Below, piece by piece: positions 12,501 through 23,795 of a stretch of 64,000 nucleotides of DNA (positions are counted from its first letter, which is position 1; every line of letters starts with the position of its first letter). Under the pieces are notes generated by a model. That model saw only the letters and a list, made by a program, of their open reading frames with translations. It had not been told where the DNA came from and made no database searches. This DNA is from Podarcis pityusensis (taxonomy: Eukaryota): the NCBI GenBank assembly GCA_964106645.2, contig OZ067039.1; one strand, written 5' to 3'. The position numbers and the translations under genes were made by a program.

Positions 12501-14152
12501 TGGTTTTATTAGTCTTTTTTTTTTTTAGTGAGTGGCATTTTTTAAAAGCAAAGTGGAAAATGGTTAAATTGTTCCCACTGAGAGTTTTCCAGCTGCGACA
12601 GACAGCATCCTGTCCAAAAATAAAATCTTGACTTTATACCAGTAAACAATACAGATAGATAGCACCATTTTCTTTCTACAATTTGTAAAATGCAAAGAAA
12701 GAAAGACATCCTGGGTTTTCAGGTTTGAATGACTCATTAGGGCTAGTTTGTAGAGCATGGGTATCATTGGTTTCCTACTGTCACACACATTTAAAGTACT
12801 TTCACAAAAGAGTCTCTCTCTGTCCTTTCACACCAATGAGCATTACATTGTGTTTAATAATGTGAGCACCAGTATGAGGCAACAACAAAGGGAAGACAAA
12901 GCACAGGTCTGAGAATCAGACACAAGAAAAGGCAAGCTAAGAGGTTCTTTGTGAGCCTGCACTGAAGAATGGCCGACTTGGGACGACGCCAAAGCATTCA
13001 AAACAAACAAATGCAACGGAACACTCAAATGTACATCTAAGATTTTAAGATTAGAATCACACTGAAAGGACAGGTCTCAGGAGATTTTCCTCTAGCTCTT
13101 GTCCAAGGGGATGGACAGGACTGATCTCCTAGCCCACACAGAGAATATGAACATGTGAATGCAAAGAAATGGAACATAAAGAATGGTAATGTTGAGGAGA
13201 TTCAGGATTTATTAAAATGAGCTGGGTCATTTTTTGCAAGCCATATATATCTTTAAAAACCCCTTCAGATTTATTCCTCTGTAATGCTCTTTATATTTTT
13301 TTTACACAACTGTATTATTAGAGTTGCACCTCAAATTAGCCCTATACCTGTCAGGGTCTGTGTTAATGTGCATCATGCTTAAATAGGCACCATATTCACT
13401 TATCCCCTGGAACTACCATATTTGAAGAATTTGGAAAAGTCTCCCTGCAAAATTGCTGTAGACAATTTGTCTAATGTATGCAACCTTTCCTGGTTTTCCA
13501 AAGTTGCAACACTTGCCAGTGATGTGTTCTTCTGGCTTACAACCCAACAGCTGATTCAATGTTTGGCAATTATGACCAGGGTCACTGAGGTGGAAAAGTC
13601 CTTGAGACTCTCACACAAAATATGCCCAGTCTGGTTTTACAAATGCACGGAGTGACTAGAAGGATTTCCTGGCAGCCAGTGAGAGGTTCAGTTATCTTAT
13701 GCTATGTAAAGATGTGGACTTGAATTGAGCAATCAAATTCCTGTTGCTATTTTGAGTTTTTCTAAAGGTGGATTAAAGAGACTGTCCTTTATTAGGCAAT
13801 GTTTGATTCTGTGCTTGCTGAAGTAAAGAATCTGCTAAGCAGGCCCAGAGCTATAGATCTGATTTGGACTACATGCCTTTCTGTCTCTTGCTAGGTCTTG
13901 ATTAATGAAGTAGGACATGACATCACTTTTTCTCACACTGAAAACAACACAAAAGTTCTCCTTTCTAATTTGTTTAAACGTGTGGTTTTTTTATTTTTCA
14001 GTGGGGGAACATTCAATCGCAGGAGCCCCCACTGCAGTCTAAAGGAGCAGAACCTGGACAATGGGGTATCACCTTATTAAGAAGTTGGGCTAAGGCTTGG
14101 GCCCTGTACAGATAAGGAGCTGTCCCCTAAACAGATCATGCTGTTAGGTATA

Positions 14153-14403
14153 CAGCGGTACCTCAGTTTTCAAACGTATTTCTCTGTTCTGGAAGACTGA
14201 GTTCTGAAATATTTGAAAACCGAGGCGCAAAGGGTGGTCTGCAAATTTCATAGAGAAAATTGAGAAAAATACAGTGGCACCTCAGCGGAAGCCATTTGAC
14301 TTCCGAGGCGTGTTTGAAAATGGAAGCGTTTACTTCTGGGTTTTTGGCGTTTGAAAACCGAAACCATCGCCGTTGAAGTCGTTCACAAACTGAGGTACCA
14401 CTG
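14153..14403. mobile_element. Tc1/mariner MITE with the same TIR class but a different body
   Basis: TA|cagcggtacctcagttt ... aaactgaggtaccactg|TA. Confidence 0.8.
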
Positions 14404-15335
14404 TATACCTAACAGCATGATCCCAAATGCATTTTGGAATAAGTTTTCAACTGATTTCGGTGGACTATTTCTTCCCAAATAACATAGCTGAGGATAATTG
14501 TCCACATGCACAGATCAGTATCTAGGCAAGTAAAACATTGAGAGCTGATGCAGGTATTACATGTTACTTCAAGATACAATTAACAGAGCAGAGCTGCAAT
14601 GCCTTCCCCAAATATCTCCTGATATTTTAGGGTAGCAAAATGGGGAAGGGATTTTGCCAAATATTCTTTTGGGTTCAGGAATGAATTATATCAACCATTT
14701 TTCTTACAAAACTCTCTTCTGAAAAATTCTCCCCAGTCTCCAGATCTATCTTAAGCAAGGTTGTACCGGGGAAGGATACAAAACACTATAGGACTTTGGT
14801 GTGTGTGTGTGGGGAGCCCATTACAGAACATTGTATACAAAATATTCTGCAAAAAATATATTTGTCACCTGAGGCGACACTATTTTTAGCTCTGGTCAGT
14901 ACAAAGTGAGGGGCCTCCCCCCTGAGTCTCCACACATCTGTACAAGGTTAATCACCACACATCAAACAGCTCCAAAGTGGATGACCCAGACATTATCCAA
15001 AAAACCTCTTCCTGAAAACAACCAAAAAAACCAAAGAAAAGAACATCGAAGGGAAGTTGGCAATATTTGTGATGAAAAAGAAAAAGAAAACCTGCTAAAA
15101 AGGTAAGGTTAAGACCATAACATCAAAAATGTGTCAGTGATAAGTCAAACCTGCAGACGTTTCTAATTTTTTAAAAACAAGCACAAAAACAACATGCGTG
15201 AAATGCAGAGAAACCAAGAAAAGGCCTTCCACCACACACAATCTAGCAAGCTGCCTCATAGGACCAGTGGGCGGCCGTTAAGTCACACAGCACTGCCATT
15301 CACGTGAGACAAAGACAGCAAGGACTTCCCAGTAC

Positions 15336-15386
15336 CTGGCACTGCACTGGCTGAGCTGTCCATTATTACATCATCCAGCATTAGAT
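15336..15386 (-). CDS. CACNA1G: CACNA1G exon 26 (alternative cassette, 51 nt, III-IV linker)
   Basis: ttcgttcttctag|ATCTAA...GCCAG|gtactg; (D/N)LMLDDVIMDSSASAVP; symmetric phase 1/1; absent from the ORF track. Confidence 0.9.
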
Positions 15387-15597
15387 CTAGAAGAACGAAA
15401 GGGCATTAAATCACTGGAGAGGATGCGAGGCCAATCCTTCATTCCATCTTCATCGCTTCATGCACCCGTCACTCTGACAAAAGCACACCGTCACCCTGGC
15501 AGGGCGAAACAAGGGTTCTGCCTGCCTACAACCGTTACCCACAAACGCACCCACACATTTCAGTGGAGTTTAGATAGAAGCAATGTAGAGTATACCT

Positions 15598-15745
15598 CCT
15601 GTGGTGCAATGGGTCAGTGGATTTGGCTGTTAACCAGAAGGTTGGTGGTTTGAGCCCAGCCAGGGACAGGGGTGGGCAGGATTCCTGCACTGCAGGGGGT
15701 TGGACTTGATGACCCTCAGGTCCCCTTCCAACTCTACAATTCTAC
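15598..15745 (+). mobile_element. Short tRNA-derived SINE with a CR1-like 3' tail
   Basis: A/B-box-like tggtgcaatgg and ggtttgagccc, then gcagggggttggacttgatgaccctc...ccttccaactctacaattcta. Confidence 0.65.
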
Positions 15746-17469
15746 ACCATCAGAAGGAGGGTGGTCTGTATTGGCAAATCAGCCTTCTAAATTTGTAGGC
15801 AAGGATGATGTGGTCTTATGATTTAACACTTGTACAGTGCCTAGCTATTTGAGATTAAGTATTCATAGTAGTATAATTCATGTTGCCTTTCAGTTTAAAA
15901 GTCCCAAGATTGGCATTAAGAACATTATAATATAAAACTAAATAATGTTATTAATGTCATTAAACAATAATGTTAAGAATGAAAACACTCAGAATACTGA
16001 TAGGCTGGGACTGCGAGAGGCTACCCCAATGGGTTGCTCGCACTCAGAGGAATTTGTACAGTAACTTTTTTTTGCAGCAGCACATCACCATCAAAGCCTA
16101 TGTTCACAAATCTCTTCAGTTTCCAAACGCTTTTCACAATGCAGCACTTGGGAAGTGTGCACGCGAATACAGGGCAACATAAACCCAAGACACCTCTGAG
16201 ATAAACAGAACTAGTTGATCCTGAGCAATGTAACGGTTGGTGAGCAGAATATGAGATTCTTATCCACTGTGATGCACTGGCAGACAGCTAAGGGGAAAAT
16301 GGTCCTCTCTCATAAATCAATGTAGCCTTCAGGGGAACTATATGTTACACTGGAATAAACTAGGATTATTACGGGTAAATAACAGTGGCAGGCAAAGGGA
16401 AGCCCCAAATGTAACTATAGACCATTCCTTCCATATTCTCAAGTCAATAAAGTATTAAAGTTATCAGGATGACATCTGGGATAGCATCACCTCAGGGAAA
16501 AAAATGAATGTTGTAATCCTTTCTAAAGAAATATAAAGGAGAAGCTGAAACCTGCTTTCTTGTAGTCTTTTGACCCAAAGCAGTACCCACAAAATCCCAT
16601 TAAAACCAGTGGGGCTATGCCAGGACTAGTCTAGACTCAAGTAACTACTTAGTCACATGGTCGGTACTGGCCCCAAGGCAACATAATACAGCATGGCATC
16701 AGTATTGGTCCCTATGTGATAAGTAAACATACAGGGAGTTGGGTGGGAAAATTCTAGTTACTATACAGTCTTCATGCCACTTACCCCAGAGGAATCTCAC
16801 CATTTCAACCAACTGTATAACTAATGGGTTATTTAGAAATAAATATTTTAAGAGGTGAAATGCTACATTATGTGCGAACATGTAGAACAAAACTCCAGTG
16901 ACCACATCTGTTAGGAACCCATTTGGAGTAGAGAGCTGGCAAAGGGAAGGGCTCTTTATCACTCCCAATATTCATTGCTTTTCTACTTCAGTGCCTTCCT
17001 CTGAACTACTTTTAAGAGTTCCAGACATGTTTGCTAGGGGAAACATGAATCTAGACAAGAGATAGAGGAGAAATTTGTGCAGTCTGCATTTTTAAGCAAA
17101 CCAACCTTATAGGCCAGCCCTGGACTTATATGCAGTTCAGAACACAGTTGACAAATCAGTTTCAGCTTTAAAAAAAAAGCATACAAAGGTGTATTTTACA
17201 GAAAAATGCACAAAATATGCACTTCTAGGGGGAACTGCATACAAAAGTCCATGCAAAATATGTACAAGTTAAATGCATATATTTAGTGCATTTCCTTTTT
17301 TAAAAAAATAGCAACAAATGGGATAGGATATTCCTTACATGCAAAACTGGCATGGACCAGAAAGAGGGTAATTCATCCATCCCTAAACTAGAACAGTGTG
17401 AGCGGAAAATAGGGTTGGCTAGTTGGAGCAGGAAAACAGTTGTTTGATGATGAGATAACCATCCTGACC

Positions 17470-17770
17470 AGGGCTGGCCTGAGACATTTTGCTGCTATAA
17501 GCAAAATGCCACGATGCCCCCCCCCCAATTCAGGCCCCCACCTCATCCTTGCCATCACACTCACGTTGCCACCGGCTCTGCCACCACAACTGTACCCTTG
17601 CCTGTGGCTGTGCCCACACTTCCACCACAGTGCAGTAGCAGTGAGGGCAATGGTGTTGAGGTGGCTGCACTAGCCAAGCCCCGGGGAGGCTGGCAATGGG
17701 GCAATGGCAGCGGTTGGATCTGCTGCCTGAGGCAGATGGCTTTCACATCGCCTCATTGACAGGGTGCCCT
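17470..17770. mobile_element. GC-rich non-autonomous DNA element (PIF/Harbinger-like); related copy in opposite orientation at ~44388-44686
   Basis: Imperfect ends agggctggcc / agggtgccct; the motifs ctgcctgaggca and acattttgctgc recur reverse-complemented in the 44.4 kb copy. Confidence 0.45.
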
Positions 17771-19089
17771 TGATCTCAGTCCCCATTGCCAGCGCACACA
17801 ACTTCCCCACCCCAATTGCTCCCTTCCAAAGCTACCCAATGGTTTGGAAGTGGCCACCATAGATTTGTAGGCACTTATTTTTTCCACAACACATAGTTCT
17901 GCCCTTAGGCACATTTGTTGCACACAAGTCAAAGAGTGTTCTGCCAGGGCAAACTCAACTGGCACTTGTGCCTACAATCTTAGAAAAACCTTTTTCCTCA
18001 TAGTACTAAGCAAGAGATTTGTCCGCTAATAAATGCAATTCTCACTCCATACAATCAACCCAACAGACTGCAAATGAATGTTATGGTTCAAAAATGATTA
18101 TAAGAGGACAATTTCTTTCTTCTGTAAATTTTATATGGTAGTTGTTGTTTTTTTGCAAGAACTTCCCATTCTTCAGCAGATTATTTCAACCCATGTCCCA
18201 ATACATTAGAGAACCAACTGGCAATATCATTCCATGCATAGAGTGGACTGCAACTTTCTTTTAGGAAATTCCTAATACTTCATGTGTGCCTGCCCCCTTT
18301 ATATCTGATGTTGTAGCTGACATAATTCAAAGTATTTCAGGATTTATTTATTTATTTGAAAACTTGAGAACACGGTGAAATATTAAGCTTTTCCAAGCGG
18401 TTCTTTAAAAAATAACAATAATCACAGCTAAAGTGAAATTATTTTCCAAGGAATTATGATGTGTCAATGGGAGCTCACATTAAATGAAAGGGTGTTCAAT
18501 ATGTTACAGCTAGGGAAGAAGCTATAAAATCCTCACTTCTCTGTTGAAGCCCTTTGTAATGAGGATCATTAGTGGAATCATAACTATAAGATTTATGAAT
18601 TATGTTTATAGTTTTATTGTAGCAAATACTAAATCCCTAAATACCTACATTAATTTCCAAACTTAGGAAGAAAGCTGAAGGTGTTATACAATTTGCCTGG
18701 ACCATATAAAATTATGCCACACATTACTTTTAACTATGGTTCGATTTTTACACTTAACTTGTAAAACGTACTTTCACAATAATAAGTGTGTCAGAATAAT
18801 TTATAAGAACATCCATTTTAAGTGGTATTCGTAATATCCAGGGTCCACCTTTTCCTCATCAATGGAGTAACCATTTCATAAATCATTTGTAAACTGATGT
18901 GTTTTGCAGTCATCCCTACATCAAAGGCTGCATAAGGAAACTAGGTGACTGTCTAAGGCAGGGGTGAGGAACTTGTGGCCCTCCAGATATTGCTGGACTC
19001 CAACTCCCATCAACCCAATTCTTTCCAGTGTTTGCTTAAAACACAGACTCCTTTTTGGCCCACTGGTGAATATGTTATTCCATGACCAA

Positions 19090-20210
19090 TGCTATTTCAT
19101 ATCTATATGAAGCTCTAGAAGTGGCCATTAGGCGTTTTGGGGCAAATTGCCATCAATATACTGATGACAATCAGTTCTATTTCTCCATAATATCTTAATC
19201 AGGAAAGACATGTGCAGAGATGGGCAACCAAGACGTTCAAGGGTCTGGAAACCAAGCCTTAAATAATCATTGTAATAATTTTATTGTCACATGGAAGATA
19301 ATAATAATAATTTTTTATTTATATCCCGCCCTCCCCAGCCGAAGCTGGGCTCAGGGTGGCTAACAACAATAAAATAAGACAACATTTTAAAATCATTTCA
19401 TTAAAAATAAAAAATAAAATAGTTCAAATCAAACTGAAGGCAACCATTGGGTAGAGTTCTGAGAAAATTGCCAAAGGAGGGGGTCAGGCTGTGCCCTGGC
19501 CAAAGGCTTGGCAGAACAGCTCTGTCTTGCAGGCCCTGCGGAAAGATGTCAAATCCCGCAGGGCCCTAATCTCTTGTGGCAGAGCGTTCCATCAGATAGG
19601 AGCCACCGCCGAAAAAGCCCTGGCTCTGGTTGAGGCCAGCCAAACCTCTCTGTGGCCTGGGACCTCCAAGATGTTTTTGTTTGAAGATCGTAAATACCTC
19701 TGAGGGACATACCAGGAGAGGCGGTCCCGTAGGTACGAGGGTCCTAGGCCGTATAGGGCTTTAAAGGTTAAAACCAGCACCTTAAACCTGATCCTGTACT
19801 CCACCGGGAGCCAGTGCAGCTGGTATAGCACCGGATGAATGTGATCTCTCAGCGAGGACCCCGTAAGGAGTCTCACTGCAGCATTCTGCACCCGCTGGTG
19901 TTTCTGGGTCAAGATGGAGCAAGCTTGTTTTCTCCTGCTCTGGAGGAGGGTAGGACTCCAACCAATGGCTTCAAGTTACAAGAAAGGAGATTCCGACTAA
20001 ACAGCAGGAAGAACTTTCTGACAGTAAAAACACACTTTCTATTTAGGCAAGCCTACCCAGACATGTAGAATACTGGCGTGTTTTAATCTCTTTTGCTTAC
20101 TGTTGATTTTAATTATCTTTTGAGTGTTTTTTAAACCTGTACTTATCTGTTTTTTGTTTTTTACTGATTATTCTAATGTTTTATTTTTGTAAGCTGTTTA
20201 GAGGTTTTAG
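19090..20210 (+). mobile_element. Nested LINE cluster: outer L2 (+) containing a CR1 (+) fragment
   Basis: RT motif remnant CHQYTDDNQFY (19148-19180) and L2 C-terminus KTHFLFRQAY (~20026). CR1 pieces: aagggtctggaaaccaagcctt, tgtcacatggaagat and gatggagcaagcttgttttctc...aggaagaactttctgacagtaa. Confidence 0.7.
19300..19910 (-). mobile_element. 5'-truncated L2 LINE inserted into the CR1 fragment
   Basis: ORF QNAAVRLLTG...DHIHPVLYQLHWLPVEYRIRFKVLVLTFKALYGLGPSYLRDRL (L2 ORF2 C-terminus); simple-repeat tail at 19300; flanking direct repeat aagat at 19295-19299 and 19911-19915. Confidence 0.88.
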
Positions 20211-22237
20211 AGAAGCTAAGAAATATGGCAGTGGGGGGGGGGAATACCATAGTGTCTCAAGACAATATGGGAAATAAGTAATGAACAGGCAAGTTACAGT
20301 AAGTACACTGTGCCAGACAGAGGGGCAGGCCAGGAGTCTAGTGAACCAAGGAATAATGCATAAGATGGTTAATAAGTTCCCCAGGGCTGTGGCCCACTGA
20401 GAGGTGTGAAGGCAAGTAAACATAAAGGATGACAAGGGGCGGGCCTTTCACCTTGAACAAGAAGGGGTGGGTGAGAGGAGGCATGCCATTTTATATTTCC
20501 ATATAAGGTCCTACTATGTCAAAGCTAATCCTACGTAGGCCACAATTCTGTGCCAGATTCCACGGGACTGCATTGCTTTCCAAATGTGTTACAGGCATGA
20601 CTAGAGCTAGCTTTCCTTTAAAATGGAACTCTTTAAGTAGTGTATAATTCCATTCTTAAATCTTCCCTGTTCCCAGAGTTACTTTACAAGGCTTCCTTTG
20701 TTGTAGCAAGAAGCTGCATTTGACAAAACTCTACGCTGGCTGGGAGGCCAAGACTGCTTTATGCACAAAAGTCTGTGAAGCTTTTTGTCTGTTTACCATG
20801 TTTACCATGTTATTACCACTAAAATATTTACAGATGCTATACCAGCAAAACACGGGTGCATGCATACTTTTCACTGACAATGATTGATATACTACCAAAG
20901 TATCTGCAATAAACCTTTTCACCTTTGTGCCTTTATGCATCATGGGATGTTTCATGTGTACGAAATCCCATGAACTTTGGCTAAAAAGAGAACATGAACC
21001 CCAATACATGGGCAGTCCTTCCTATAACATGATTGTATGTTCCTTGAGCTATAAACCGAAATAGTCATTGTCTTGGAAAAAATCATGTCAGTTCTGAAAT
21101 ACTTTGAAAGGTCACTTGTGAACACCACAACCTTGTAGCTCATCATGGAGCTCTCTAATTTCTGAACAGTGTCACAAAATTCATTAATAAACCACAGTTT
21201 CATCATGATTTATTCGTTTCAGATCTTCTGATCTGGAATCCTTACCCTCAAGTAAATAATGTTAAAATATAATTCTCTTAGTTGTGAATGTCCTTAAGTA
21301 TCTAGATATTAATTTCATACAATTAATGCTCAAAAAACAGCAACACACAACACAAATCATGGTCCTATCTTGTTATACCTATAAAACAACCATACAGGGA
21401 ATTGCACCTTTTTTTTTTTTTAGTAACCATTAACAGCAACAACAACAACAACAAAGAGAGATTCCTACAGATTTACTGGTGTCAGTCTGAAAGGGATGAA
21501 ATAAATGTGGAAAGGATAATGGGTTGGGGGAAAGCCATAAGAACACTTAAAGATGGAAGTAACAAGAGTGATACCATGAATGAACGCAGGGGCATTTGGG
21601 GGAAAAAATTCAAGCAGAATAGAAGGCATGCAAGATGGAGGAGAGTACCTCTGACCTGTGACCTCTGACCTGAATGTAATTTCCTGTTTTTCAATCAAAC
21701 AGAACTGAGATAAAAAAGACAATATGTATGTCAAGTTTCTCAGATTTTTATAGACACATCTACTATGGTTACAAAAGGATTTAAAAAAATTATTCTAAGT
21801 GGTCCAACAAGGTTGTGTGCCAGTGGATCTACTTAATTTGGCTAATTTCTGTCTGGTTATTTCCTTCATCATTTTAAAGAAAAAAAATCTGTATTTCTCA
21901 AGCAAATACACTATATTTTCAAGCATTTCAAAAACCAGGCTGCTTTTTATTATTACATCCTTGAATGCACGAAGCAGTTTCATCAATCGATATGCAAAAC
22001 TGGCTCAGAAATTGACAAAAGTGATTTCACTGTGACATTACAAGGCTGTAATAAACCAAATAGTGAAGCTAATTCTCAGCAACAGTGCTAGACACGCCTA
22101 AGATTCTTGGCCTGTTCTGGAACTGTTGGTTTTTGCATTTGACACTATTTGGGTAATGCTAAGCTTGTGCAATTAAAAAAATACATTTAAAATTATTCTT
22201 TTTTAAAAATCACCTAGCGTATAAAGTAGTTGCGAAT

Positions 22238-22324
22238 CATGCAGCCATTGCTATGTTTCTGCGGCTCGTTATTTCGCCTATGCCAGAACTATATCCTTCA
22301 TGCAAATTTCATAGCTGGACATGC
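22238..22324 (-). promoter_or_regulatory. Cluster of RBFOX-type (U)GCAUG splicing elements downstream of exon 25
   Basis: Transcript-strand TGCATG at 22238-22243 and 22299-22304, and GCATG at 22320-22324. Confidence 0.55.
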
Positions 22325-22422
22325 TTTTGAAAGGAATCTGAGCCTCAGGTGCTAGGCAGGGAGTTAAGGGGAGACTGTCAAAGGTCAAGCAGGACTCAGA
22401 AAGATGAGGAAAGACTACCGAC

Positions 22423-22636
22423 CAGCCATCTGTTTCTCCTTACTCCTTCTCTTTTTCTCCAGCCGCTTGAGTCTCTTCTCCTCTCGTCTCTTGGCTTCTT
22501 CTTCTTCCTGATGCTGACGACACTTATGGAAATTCTCCACCACAACTCCCACAAACATGTTGAGGACAAAGAAGGCAACAATCAGCAGGAAGGAGATGAA
22601 GTAGAGGAGCATCCAAGGGTTATAGTTCATGACTGG
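22423..22636 (-). CDS. CACNA1G: CACNA1G exon 25 (domain III S6 and III-IV linker): long form 214 nt; short form 193 nt ending at 22444
   Basis: cttgtag|CCAGTC...; [64 protein letters not shown][SKEKQMA]; two in-frame donors, AGGA|gtaagg and GCTG|gtcggt, 21 nt apart; phase 0/1. Confidence 0.95.
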
Positions 22637-22836
22637 CTACAAGGCAGAGAAGAAAGCCATTAAAATTACAACCTAGGAGGGTACCGGGGACAAGGCTGTA
22701 TAAATGTGCAAAGTAAGATTGGAACATCCTTTGTCCATGAAGATTGTGAGATACGGGGAGGAGCTGTACCCCTTACAGTTTTGTTTTGTTTTTTACAAAA
22801 CTATCTCTTCTATTAACTTAATGCCGAACCACGTAC

Positions 22837-22926
22837 CTGCTGATCCACTCCCACAGCATCCAATCCATCATACATGATGTCCACCCACCCATCTTTGGAG
22901 GCCAAAACAAACAGAGACATTAAGGC
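22837..22926 (-). CDS. CACNA1G: CACNA1G exon 24 (90 nt, domain III selectivity filter)
   Basis: tttctag|GCCTTA...CAGCAG|gtacgt; [30 protein letters not shown]; the Asp in SKDGW is the domain III residue of the T-type EEDD filter; phase 0/0. Confidence 0.96.
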
Positions 22927-23669
22927 CTAGAAAGGCAAGAGGAAACACAGCATTACATTTAGGCCGGAAGAAAACAATTCCTTTCATGTGCCCATCTTCT
23001 ACTCTGGTCTCCTACCTGCTCAAGTTTAAACTTGCATTTTAGCTGTTATTTTACCTTGCTGATAAAAATAATGTGCTTTGATGCTGAACATCTCCCGCCT
23101 ACGAAAACCTATCAGTGTCAGACACTGGTCCAACAATGAGGGTTAATTCAAAAAATAGAGACAGCCAGCTCCATTTTCACCCTATAGGCTTCCCTCACTC
23201 ACTTCTAATTAGTTCCTGCCATGCTGCTAAAGTATGGATGATTTCCAGTGGACCCTGTAAATGAATGGAGATGTTAGCAGCCAATGCGGCGCCCTTCATA
23301 TGACGTTGGGAATGAACTGCTTACTATTGACCATATTGACTATAATGTGAGTTATAGTCCAGAAACATTTGGAGTGTATCACTTAGGCAAGCATTAGGTT
23401 GTGCTGGGTACAGGGTGTCAAATTTTCTAATATGAGGCTTTTTGATAGACATATGTAGTATGATGTGTAATGGTCCAAGAAGGTGCGAGCCCTTGTCTTA
23501 ATTCAGAAAGGAACTTGTGCAGACTTACGAACGCTAAAATGGGGGATTTTAAGTGCACATTTTGCATCTAGGAAATGTGTCATTTGCCACGGTAGCTGCA
23601 AAATCGGCAAGAACACTTAGAATCAGGGAAATAAAGGAGCAAAGAAGCAGATTACCATTCCATTAATAC

Positions 23670-23795
23670 CTGGCCGAGATTATCAAAATTATACTTGTGC
23701 CGGACCCATTTGTAGCTGGCTTCTGCACAGTCCGACCTGTTGGTAATGTTCCTTGTGTCTTCCCCTTGGCAGACAAAAAACTTCCCTTTGAACAA
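23670..23795 (-). CDS. CACNA1G: CACNA1G exon 23 (126 nt, domain III extracellular pore loop)
   Basis: ttcacag|TTGTTC...GGCCAG|gtatta; [42 protein letters not shown]; phase 0/0. Confidence 0.96.

Noticed and set aside
12970-15290. Possible long-range pairing between ggcgucgucccaaguc and gacuuaacggccgcc downstream of exon 26
   Set aside because: Only ~13 bp with internal loops, which is within chance expectation.
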